Below, one piece after another: positions 22,995 to 32,000 of a stretch of DNA of 32,000 nucleotides. The number at the start of each line of letters is the position of its first letter. Positions within the stretch are counted from its first letter, which is position 1. A program made the translations under genes and the position numbers. The stretch is from Bacteroidota bacterium (GTDB lineage: Bacteria > Bacteroidota > Bacteroidia > Cytophagales > Cyclobacteriaceae), in NCBI GenBank assembly GCA_023393375.1, contig JAEWLI010000071.1, positions 13,596-45,595 on the forward strand, read 5' to 3'. The notes below the pieces were generated by a model, which saw nothing but the letters and a program-made list of their open reading frames with translations, ran no database searches and was not told the origin of the DNA.

Positions 22995-25601
22995 ATGAAA
23001 CTATTATATTTTTTCGCAATCAGCCTTTTTATATTTAATTGTCAACAGACGGACAAAAAATATGTAACGGGAAAAGAAGGAGTTACCGTAAATATTCAAA
23101 ATGGGTCACTTGGTATTTATCCCATAGCCGACAATGCAATCAGGGTAAAATATTTTGAAGGGGAGGAGATTTCCGTTCCTGAATTTATATTGAGCGGGGA
23201 ACCACAGACACCAGAGTTTGAAGTCACCGAATCCGGGGATATTATCCGGGTTACTCTTAAAGGTATGGACGTGGAGGTGGATGCTATAACTGGTAATCTT
23301 ACCTATCTGGATAAGACGGGTAAGATTATCCTGAGTGAAAAGACCGGATCAAGAGTGTATAAAGCTGACTCCGTAATGGGCGAACCATGCTATTTTATTG
23401 AACAAGGGTTCAATTCCCCAACGGATGAGGCAATATTCGGCTTAGGGCAATTTCAGGATGGCAATTATAACCTTAAGGGCATTGCACGCCGTTTAACACA
23501 GGTCAACAGCCAGATCGCCATTCCTTTTATTTATTCCAATAAAGGTTATGGCATATTGTGGCACCAGTACGGTTTGACTGACTTCAATCCAGCGGACAAT
23601 TTTATACCACTTGAAAAGCAGGAGTCACCAGCTGAAAGTGAGAAACTCGTCGAAGTGACCACGACAGCAGGTACACAAAAGATATCGCAAAACCAGTCGC
23701 TTTACCTTGGCAAATTTTCTGTACCTGAAGATGGTGAATATTCCCTCTTTCTAGATCTGGGCGATATGGGCAACCGGCATTATGTGGTGATCGACGGGGA
23801 GCCGGTTATCGATCAAAGAAACATGTGGTTGCCACCAACTGCTGGTACATTGGTGAACCTTAAAGCTGGTGAACACGAAGTGCAGTTGGTTTGTAAATCG
23901 GATAACGAACCGACTTTGTCCTGGAAATTAAACGATGATATTACAACTTTCAGATCACCCAATGCCCAAAAATTGGACTATGTTGTGTTTGCAGGTTCGG
24001 CCGATGAAGTGATTGCATCATACCGTAATTTATCTGGTCATGCACCTATGTTTCCCAAATGGGCGTATGGTTTTTGGCAATGCCGTGAACGATATACCTC
24101 TTCCAACCATTTAGTGGAAACCGTGAAAGAATTCCGTGAACGTAAACTTCCCATGGACGTCATCGTACAAGACTGGCAATATTGGGGCAGTAAAGGTTGG
24201 GGTGTGCCGCAATTTGATGAAGCTAATTACCCAAACCCCTCAAGTTTTATCAAGGAGATACACGATCTGGATGCCCATTTTTGTGTTTCCATTTGGTCAA
24301 ATCCTGATAAGAACTCTACCCTTGGTCAGGAATATGTAGCCAACGAACGTTTTATCCCAGGTACTAAATGGTTAGATTATTTTAATCCTGAAACCCGCAA
24401 GGAATATTGGGCTACTCTGAAAGAGAACATGTTCGATCATGGTGTAGATGCGTGGTGGATGGATGCCGTAGAACCTGAAAACGATGCATTGACGGGCGAA
24501 CAAACACACATCGGCTTAGGAAATTTCTATCGATTGATTTATCCATTGATGGTAGGAAAGGCAGTTTATGAAGGCCAAAAGGCCACTTCTGAAGAAAAGC
24601 GGGTATGTATATTGACCCGTTCGGCATTCTCAGGTCAGCAGCGTTATGGGGTCATCAACTGGTCGGGCGATGTAGGGGGCGATTGGGATGCTTACCGCCG
24701 TCAGATTGTTGCCGGTTTGAACTTTACAATCACAGGATTGCCATACTGGACTACCGATATTGGTGGTTTTTTCCGTCCCGGTCCCTCTCAATATACCGAT
24801 AAGAATTATCATGAACTGCTTACCCGCTGGTTTCAATGGGGAGCGTTTAGTCCAATATTTCGGATACATGGGTATCAGTCTGAAACTGAGCCCTGGAAAT
24901 ATGGTGCTGAGGTGGAAGAAAATATGCGGAAAATGTTGAACCTGCGATACAGACTTTTACCTTATATTTATTCAGAGGCTTGGCAGGTGACCAATAGTGG
25001 TTCCACTATGATGCGGCCATTGGTAATGGATTTCAGAAATGATGATAAGGCGGTAGATCAAGCCTATCAATACATGTTTGGACGAGCTTTTTTAATTGCA
25101 CCGATTACTGAATCGGGTGTAACCAATCAAGAAGTTTATTTGCCTGAATCATCCCTTTGGTACAATTTCTGGACTGGTGAACGTTTTGATGGTGGTAAAA
25201 CCGTACAAACCCATGCACCACTCGATATCCTACCCCTTTATGTAAAAGCCGGTTCCATTATTCCAATAGGCCCTGCAATTCAATATTCAGATGAAAAATT
25301 GGCTGATGAATTGGAGATTAGAATTTACGAAGGAGCCGATGGCGAATTTATCCTTTATGAAGATGAGAGCGATAATTACAATTATGAAAAAGAAATGAAT
25401 GCCGAAATCTCCTTCACATGGAATAATACCAATAAAACATTGACAATTAGCGATAGAAAAGGTTCTTTTCCGGGAATGCTCGAACAAAGAAAGTTTAATA
25501 TTGTCTTGTTGGATAGTGGTGATCATTCAGATATCGAAGCTGATGAGGTTTACGAGAATGTAGTTGATTATCAAGGAAGTCAGGTTATTTTAAAATTGTA
25601 A
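22995..25601 (+). CDS. GH31 alpha-xylosidase/alpha-glucosidase with PA14-like insertion; probable lipoprotein
   Basis: The ORF track start at 22812 overlaps GH2. ATG 22995 gives MKLLYFFAISLFIFNC (lipobox Cys). Motifs 'KWAYGFWQCRERY', 'WWMDAVEPE' (nucleophile Asp), 'NWSGDVGG' and 'WTTDIGGF' (acid/base Asp). The PA14-like segment lies at about 23595-23945 ('GKFSVPEDGEYSLFLDLGDMGNRHYVVIDGEPVID'). Confidence 0.9.
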   Translation: MKLLYFFAISLFIFNCQQTDKKYVTGKEGVTVNIQNGSLGIYPIADNAIRVKYFEGEEISVPEFILSGEPQTPEFEVTESGDIIRVTLKGMDVEVDAITGNLTYLDKTGKIILSEKTGSRVYKADSVMGEPCYFIEQGFNSPTDEAIFGLGQFQDGNYNLKGIARRLTQVNSQIAIPFIYSNKGYGILWHQYGLTDFNPADNFIPLEKQESPAESEKLVEVTTTAGTQKISQNQSLYLGKFSVPEDGEYSLFLDLGDMGNRHYVVIDGEPVIDQRNMWLPPTAGTLVNLKAGEHEVQLVCKSDNEPTLSWKLNDDITTFRSPNAQKLDYVVFAGSADEVIASYRNLSGHAPMFPKWAYGFWQCRERYTSSNHLVETVKEFRERKLPMDVIVQDWQYWGSKGWGVPQFDEANYPNPSSFIKEIHDLDAHFCVSIWSNPDKNSTLGQEYVANERFIPGTKWLDYFNPETRKEYWATLKENMFDHGVDAWWMDAVEPENDALTGEQTHIGLGNFYRLIYPLMVGKAVYEGQKATSEEKRVCILTRSAFSGQQRYGVINWSGDVGGDWDAYRRQIVAGLNFTITGLPYWTTDIGGFFRPGPSQYTDKNYHELLTRWFQWGAFSPIFRIHGYQSETEPWKYGAEVEENMRKMLNLRYRLLPYIYSEAWQVTNSGSTMMRPLVMDFRNDDKAVDQAYQYMFGRAFLIAPITESGVTNQEVYLPESSLWYNFWTGERFDGGKTVQTHAPLDILPLYVKAGSIIPIGPAIQYSDEKLADELEIRIYEGADGEFILYEDESDNYNYEKEMNAEISFTWNNTNKTLTISDRKGSFPGMLEQRKFNIVLLDSGDHSDIEADEVYENVVDYQGSQVILKL

Positions 25602-25625
25602 TTCTACTTTAGCAATTGTGGCGTT

Positions 25626-25668
25626 TAATGGCTAATATTTTCTAAAAGTATTAGCCATTAACATTTTT
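25626..25668 (+). terminator. Rho-independent terminator closing the long + strand gene array
   Basis: Perfect 12-bp inverted repeat TAATGGCTAATA (25626-25637) / TATTAGCCATTA (25649-25660) with an 11-nt loop, followed by ACATTTTT. Lies 25 nt after the GH31 stop. Confidence 0.6.
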
Positions 25669-25751
25669 CATTCATGATATCAGGTAAATTCTAAATGAAA
25701 AGTTAAAATTTGATAAATGTAACATATTAAGGAGTTCCTGTAACAAATCAA

Positions 25752-25783
25752 TTGTATGGCAAAGCTAACGTTTCCTATATTTG
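25752..25783 (+). promoter_or_regulatory. Candidate Bacteroidota sigma-A-type promoter for the CE1-GH10 gene
   Basis: 'TATATTTG' (25776-25783) matches the Bacteroides -7 consensus TAnnTTTG. It ends 41 nt before the ATG at 25825. A TTG sits 21 nt upstream (25752-25754), a possible -33 element. Confidence 0.4.
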
Positions 25784-25806
25784 TTCAAAGACATTACATA
25801 TTATAA

Positions 25807-27729
<1,923 letters not shown>

Positions 27730-27754
27730 TCTTTTTTTAGGCTTTTTACATTGA

Positions 27755-27804
27755 CCCTATATAGCTCAATTCATCATTGATGAAAGAGATATATGGGGTT
27801 TTTA
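27755..27804 (+). terminator. Possible terminator after the CE1-GH10 gene (imperfect)
   Basis: CCCTATATAGCTC (27755-27767) pairs with GAGATATATGGGG (27786-27798) with 2 mismatches in 13. A nested TCATC/GATGA hairpin lies inside, and TTTTT follows. Confidence 0.35.
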
Positions 27805-28006
27805 TTAATAAAGACGTTTCGGTTTTTTGTCTATTTATCAGGTTAGAAATGAACAGTCAATATATTCCGATTTATCCTACTGAAATTTTCACCTGTTTTT
27901 GTTAATACGTATTTAAATGATAAAAAATTTGCCAATCATATTTTATTTTAATATTTTATTTGCTTAATTTGAAGTAGATATAAATAACCAAGAAAACCTG
28001 ATTTAA

Positions 28007-30037
28007 TTGAGCCTCTGTTCCCGTACCATATTGGTGCTGCTTTTATTTCCCGGAATTGTAAAAGCTGTCAATTTTGATAGTCTGATACAGATTTCAAAGG
28101 AACTCGCATTTAAAGCTCCCGACGCTGCATATGAAACTGCACGTAATGCTTATAATCATGCCCTTCAAACCAATGATAAACCCAGACAAGCCGAAGTACT
28201 GCATATATTTGGCACGATACTTACGGTTAAAGGTGAGCTGGATTCTGCACAAATTCTATATCAGCAGTCACTGGAGATAAGTGAAGCAGAGGGGCTACAT
28301 GAATTGATGAGCCGCTCATTTTCTAATCTTGGTTTAGTGTATCATGAGCAAGGGGCGATAGATGAAGCTTTAAAATATTATTACAAATCTTTGTTGATAG
28401 AAGAACAGAGTGGAAATTTGCTCGGGGTGAATGGTTCCAGAATAAATATTGCCAGGGTTTATGTATTTCAGAAAGATTATCAAAAAGCACTCGTCATGTA
28501 TGATTCTGCGTATGATTATTTCCAAAAGGAAAATCACTTGCAGGGAATGAGTGTTTGTCTGAATAACAAAGGATATATTTACCAAGAGCTAAAGGATTAT
28601 GACAGGGCTTTGACGTTATACCAACGCGCATTGCCACTAGCTGAAGAAGCAGGCGATTTATATAGTGTGGCCAGCAGACTTAATAATCTGGCACGGTTAT
28701 ATTATTTGATGGATAAAACAGAAGAAGCCATTCGTTTATTTGAAAAGGCTGTGGGTGTTGCATCAGGAATAGATGATAAAAAAAATCTAAACCATTCTTA
28801 CCTTGGCCTTTCCAAACTATGGTTAGACGAGGACCAACCTGACAAAGCATTGTCTTATGCCAACCAATCACTTGAACTGGCCAATCATACAGGTTCTTTA
28901 CTTGAAATTCAGGAGAGTTATGAATTGCTGCAGGAGATATTTTCACGAAATAATCAGTATCAGAAAGCATATGAAGCCCTAAAACAACAAAAACTATACA
29001 GCGACAGTTTGATAAACCTGGAAAAGGATAAAGAATTGAATCGTTTACAGCTGGTAAAAAAGGAAAATGAGAATCAATCCCTTCAAGATGAAAAGTTGCT
29101 TCAGGCCAGGCAATTACAGATTCAAATGATGCAAATTAACAATAAAAACCTATTAATTGGAGCTTCCATCATCATCATGTTGTTGGGGTTATTTGCTATT
29201 ATTATATTGTACAGAGGAAAAAGGGATAAACAACAAGCCAATCTCCAGCTCATTAAACAGAATCAGGAAATTTATTACCAAAAAGAGGTACTTGCCAGAC
29301 ATAAAAAATTGCTAGAGGAACAAAAAGAACAACTTTCTCGGCTTAATGATTTGAAAGACAAAACGCTATCGGTAATTTCTCATGATTTCAAAAGTCCTTT
29401 AAATATGATTCAAAGTGTATTGGATCTTTATCAGGACAAAATATTGAACGAACAGGAATTAATAGAAAACATACCTAAAATATCAGAGTATGTACAGCTT
29501 ACCAAAACCTTACTGGACGATCTGCTAACATGGGCAAGGAAACAATTTACAGATTTTGAGATCATCAAAATTCCAGTAAACTCCCTACGTACAATCAGAT
29601 ATGTTCTGGAACAATTACAACCATTTTTAAATGAGCGCAATATCTCAGTACAAGTAGATGTACACGATGATCCTATTGTGTATTCTGAAGAGGAAATAGT
29701 AAAGATCATATTACGCAATCTGATCAGCAATGCTATCAAATATTCCCCTAACGACAGCAAGATTACCATTTCGCACAGAGAGGAGGAGAACCTCCATTGG
29801 ATTTCAGTTACAGATCAGGGATCGGGGATTTCTCAAGAAGCAATAGAGAATATTTTGAACAACAGGATCATGAAGGAGGCAAAGGAGAGCCAAAGTGCTG
29901 GGATTGGTATTTTTATTTCTAAGCAATTTATTGAAGCAAATGGTGGAAAACTTACGGTAAATAGTGTTCAAGGGAATGGTACTACTTTCAGTATCGCATT
30001 ACCCAAACCCCAATTGATGGTTAGTCATCATAATTGA
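28007..30037 (+). CDS. TPR-repeat sensor histidine kinase (extracytoplasmic TPR array, one internal TM helix, HisKA + HATPase_c); no receiver domain
   Basis: TTG start with no in-frame ATG until about 100 codons downstream. N-terminal hydrophobic segment. Repeated TPR-like 'A...Y...AL......G' units over about 300 aa. TM helix 'LLIGASIIIMLLGLFAIIILY'. H-box 'LSVISHDFKSPLN', N-box 'LISNAIKYSP', 'VTDQGSGIS' and 'GIGIFISKQFIEANGG'. Confidence 0.85.
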   Translation: MSLCSRTILVLLLFPGIVKAVNFDSLIQISKELAFKAPDAAYETARNAYNHALQTNDKPRQAEVLHIFGTILTVKGELDSAQILYQQSLEISEAEGLHELMSRSFSNLGLVYHEQGAIDEALKYYYKSLLIEEQSGNLLGVNGSRINIARVYVFQKDYQKALVMYDSAYDYFQKENHLQGMSVCLNNKGYIYQELKDYDRALTLYQRALPLAEEAGDLYSVASRLNNLARLYYLMDKTEEAIRLFEKAVGVASGIDDKKNLNHSYLGLSKLWLDEDQPDKALSYANQSLELANHTGSLLEIQESYELLQEIFSRNNQYQKAYEALKQQKLYSDSLINLEKDKELNRLQLVKKENENQSLQDEKLLQARQLQIQMMQINNKNLLIGASIIIMLLGLFAIIILYRGKRDKQQANLQLIKQNQEIYYQKEVLARHKKLLEEQKEQLSRLNDLKDKTLSVISHDFKSPLNMIQSVLDLYQDKILNEQELIENIPKISEYVQLTKTLLDDLLTWARKQFTDFEIIKIPVNSLRTIRYVLEQLQPFLNERNISVQVDVHDDPIVYSEEEIVKIILRNLISNAIKYSPNDSKITISHREEENLHWISVTDQGSGISQEAIENILNNRIMKEAKESQSAGIGIFISKQFIEANGGKLTVNSVQGNGTTFSIALPKPQLMVSHHN

Positions 30038-30095
30038 TGTTGTTGTTAAAATTTTTATTTTGCCACTCCACCCTCTATAAATTGAAAAAAACAGG

Positions 30096-30632
30096 TTATT
30101 TATAATTGTTAAAATAGGGTTTGATCTCTTTTTGAAGGTCACGGCTAAACCTGTAAACATGCGCACTTAACAAGGCAAGGACATTCATTGTAAAGGTCAA
30201 ACTATTATTATCTGCGAAGAACCATACAAGCAAGGGCGAAATCAACATGATAAATGCAATGGTATAACCCATAATCACAACCAGATGTAAAAGATATTTT
30301 ACCGGTTCGTAATACCACGATTTTTTGAAGGCCTCATTGTTTTTCCTGAATGTTTCATATTTCATTTGAGCATAGGCATATGCCCGTTGGCGTCGCAGAT
30401 CATCCCAGGAAGTGGATTGAAAAACATCTGCAAACTCTGACACCCCTTTATCAGCATGAGGGGCATTTAACAGCATATCATAAGCCTCAGAAATTTCAAT
30501 AAATTTTTGTTGTGCATCAGGTAATGTGCTCACATCCGGATGATATTTTTTTGCCAGTTGACGGTAAGCGTTTTTTATCTGGGCTTCCGAAGCCCCTGGC
30601 TTTACCTGCAAAATTTCATGATAATAGCTCAT
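30096..30632 (-). CDS. J-domain (DnaJ-like) protein with C-terminal transmembrane helices
   Basis: N-terminus 'YYHEILQVKPGASEAQIKNAYRQLAKKYHPDV' carries the HPD motif. The C-terminal half has two hydrophobic helices ('LLHLVVIMGYTIAFIMLISPLLVWFF' and 'TFTMNVLALLSAHVY'). No zinc-finger or DnaJ C-terminal domain. Confidence 0.8.
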   Translation of the reverse strand: MSYYHEILQVKPGASEAQIKNAYRQLAKKYHPDVSTLPDAQQKFIEISEAYDMLLNAPHADKGVSEFADVFQSTSWDDLRRQRAYAYAQMKYETFRKNNEAFKKSWYYEPVKYLLHLVVIMGYTIAFIMLISPLLVWFFADNNSLTFTMNVLALLSAHVYRFSRDLQKEIKPYFNNYK

Positions 30633-30856
30633 TGGATACAGTATCTTGGAGCAGTAAAATTAAACAATTTTTTTTTTAGTGATTTCCAAAGGTTCGTTCA
30701 AATAGTCGGTAACCCAAAGATCATTTCCGAGATCGTTTCATCCCTTGTTTAAGCCGTAAACAAGGATTTATTTATTTCCTTCCCCTCTTATTGGTGTTGT
30801 TTACCAAAAATGTTGATATTACGTCAAAATCGTTAAGGTTACAAAGTTCAAGGTTT

Positions 30857-30905
30857 AAAGTTTCGAACAACTTTCCAAAAGTTTGAAACTTTTGGAAAGA
30901 TCAGC
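30857..30905 (+). repeat. REP-like / IS-end-like 49-bp repeat, copy 1, with hairpin core
   Basis: AAAGTTTCGAACAACTTTCCAAAAGTTTGAAACTTTTGGAAAGATCAGC differs at 1 of 49 positions from copy 2 at 31656-31704, in the same orientation. The core CTTTCCAAAAG-TTTGAAA-CTTTTGGAAAG is a perfect palindrome. Lies 39 nt beyond the transposase stop. Confidence 0.8.
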
Positions 30906-30944
30906 TCATCATTAACAGTTTCGAACTTTTTTAAAGGCTTGTCT

Positions 30945-31580
30945 TTAAAACTCTCTTATAAACAGTTCAGGCTCAGGTATTTCTCGATGGCACTTGATAA
31001 AATTTTCCTTATCGCCAAACCAATCCAGTACTGCCTTTCTGTTCAAACTTGTGGGCTTGTCAGATAGTATAGCATGGTATGAGCTGTGCGGCCATTCTTC
31101 AACGGATTTTGTAAAACCATGACGCACGGGATTAAAATGAATGTACCGGATAACTGTTGTCAAATAATCATCGGATGCAATCTTTTTATGTTTAAAATTC
31201 TGCGAAAACAAGCTCCCTTTTCTTCCACACGATTTATTGAACGCCTGGGCATAGGCACTGAACAAATTAGAAAATCGTTTGTTCGTGTATTTGTTGATCA
31301 TATCAAATCTATCGAGAGAATCGCAGGTAATACGAAAATATGCTGTAAGCTTCGGATTGTTGATGAGTTCATCCTCGTCAATAAGGTCCCTTATCTTAAC
31401 CAAAAAATGGAAATGGTTTGGCATAAGGCAATAGCATAAAGTTTCCGATATTGGAAAGATATGTTCTTTAAACTTCTTTAAGAAATAATAATAATTTTTT
31501 TCCTGGGTAAAAAGATTATCCGTTCCTACTGCATGGTTGTAAATGTGATAGTAGCACTCAGGCTCAAAAGGATCTTTCAT
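30945..31580 (-). CDS. HUH Y1 tyrosine transposase, IS200-like / REP-associated (RAYT-like)
   Basis: 211 aa. HUH motif in 'MPNHFHFLVKI' and catalytic-Tyr block 'VIRYIHFNPVRHGF', both typical of Y1_Tnp/COG1943 proteins. Flanked on both sides by the same hairpin repeat. Confidence 0.85.
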   Translation of the reverse strand: MKDPFEPECYYHIYNHAVGTDNLFTQEKNYYYFLKKFKEHIFPISETLCYCLMPNHFHFLVKIRDLIDEDELINNPKLTAYFRITCDSLDRFDMINKYTNKRFSNLFSAYAQAFNKSCGRKGSLFSQNFKHKKIASDDYLTTVIRYIHFNPVRHGFTKSVEEWPHSSYHAILSDKPTSLNRKAVLDWFGDKENFIKCHREIPEPELFIREF

Positions 31581-31655
31581 ATTGATCGCAATATATATTA
31601 TTTCTAAAATATAAAAAGATTTGGTGATTATTCTAATCCGAAGGCAACTTTTTCA

Positions 31656-31704
31656 AAAGTTTCGAACAGCTTTCCAAAAGTTTGAAACTTTTGGAAAGAT
31701 CAGC
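31656..31704 (+). repeat. REP-like / IS-end-like 49-bp repeat, copy 2
   Basis: AAAGTTTCGAACAGCTTTCCAAAAGTTTGAAACTTTTGGAAAGATCAGC. Lies 75 nt upstream of the transposase start codon. Preceded by a second small palindrome AACTTTT-TC-AAAAGTT (31646-31661). Confidence 0.8.
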
Positions 31705-31853
31705 AATCTACTCTATAAGGTGTTTTGCCATCAATTTTTATCACATACTTATCATTTTCTAACTCATAATGATGATCAGATTTATTGAAATTTCCACGTT
31801 TAATTTTGAAATACATTTCTGAATTTGAAATAGTTAAGTACTAAGATCTTCAA

Positions 31854-32000
31854 TCAAAAAAATTTCATTTTAAGTATTTGATCAACAATTTCATAACTAC
31901 TTCCGGGTCCTTTTCGCATGTTGGTGTAACCATCAGGATCATTAATTATCGCCAAACTTTGAGAATAACCAAAAATAGGCAGCAACTGTAAGACACATAT
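31854..32000 (-). CDS. Partial ORF (N-terminus outside the window): signal-peptide end plus an SH3b-like start, terminating early; possibly a short protein or a gene remnant
   Basis: My own minus-strand translation is '..ICVLQLLPIFGYSQSLAIINDPDGYTNMRKGPGSSYEIVDQILKMKFF*'. 'DGYTNMRKGPGSSYEIV' resembles the opening of bacterial SH3 domains, but a stop follows after 48 codons. Confidence 0.3.
   Translation of the reverse strand: MCVLQLLPIFGYSQSLAIINDPDGYTNMRKGPGSSYEIVDQILKMKFF

Larger units (their letters stand above)
30857..31704 (-). mobile_element. Candidate Y1-transposase unit (repeat - tnp - repeat); either a compact IS200/IS605-style element or a domesticated RAYT with its REPs
   Basis: A single HUH transposase gene bracketed by two direct, hairpin-forming 49-bp repeats. 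Same-strand subterminal hairpins are how IS200/IS605 ends are organised. Mobility cannot be judged from one locus. Confidence 0.5.

Noticed and set aside
27848-28006. The AT-rich spacer before the kinase, scanned for a TAnnTTTG promoter box and for small ORFs (for example an 18-codon ORF starting at about 27849).
   Set aside because: Only near matches such as TAATTTG are present. The tiny ORF has no supporting features.
30668-30677. The T10/A10 homopolymer upstream of the J-domain gene as a phase-variation switch.
   Set aside because: There is only one tract, no identified promoter elements flank it, and no population data are available. It is mentioned in a finding but not called as a regulatory feature.
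30743-30765. The hairpin CCTTGTTTA-AGCCG-TAAACAAGG followed by an AT-rich run, considered as a terminator.
   Set aside because: No + strand gene ends nearby, since the kinase stops about 700 nt upstream. On the minus strand the hairpin lies upstream of the J-domain gene and lacks a following T-run, so its function is unassigned.
30857-31704. The idea that the transposase unit inserted into, and truncated, the small minus-strand ORF ending at 31700.
   Set aside because: Joining the flanks in silico (removing 30857-31704) gives '...GTA GAT TAA', so the ORF would stop at the same place. No longer reading frame is restored.

Overview
Most of this window (1-27729, all on the + strand) is a tightly packed gene cluster of Bacteroidota type for breaking down plant hemicellulose. 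The lineage call rests on signal peptides ending in 'AQ', lipoprotein cysteines, the absence of Shine-Dalgarno sequences and one TAnnTTTG-type promoter. The cluster opens with eight consecutive esterase genes. Five are tandem CE1-like paralogs (the first cut by the window edge), followed by a type-B carboxylesterase, a SASA/CE6-like SGNH esterase and a cutinase/PETase-like alpha/beta hydrolase. Next come a GH127/146-like enzyme, GH51, GH43, GH97, two GH43-CBM6 paralogs, a LacZ-like GH2 and a GH31 with a PA14-like insert. After a clear terminator and a candidate promoter there is a separately transcribed CE1-GH10 (esterase-xylanase) fusion. The gene content fits debranching and de-esterification of a complex feruloylated and acetylated (glucurono)arabinoxylan. 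No SusC/SusD pair, hybrid two-component regulator, tRNA, rRNA, CRISPR array or recognisable defence or toxin system lies in the window. The right end (28007-32000) is unrelated and visibly more AT-rich. It holds an orphan TPR sensor histidine kinase with a TTG start, a membrane-anchored J-domain protein, and an IS200/RAYT-type HUH tyrosine transposase bracketed by two direct 49-bp hairpin-bearing repeats. I found no convincing new multi-gene system. The points most worth follow-up are the esterase battery, the exact stop-codon-position fusion of CE1 to GH10, the PETase-like hydrolase, the Zn/Cys glycosidase in a xylan context, and the repeat-flanked Y1 transposase. All family assignments come from reading motifs by eye; no database search was run.
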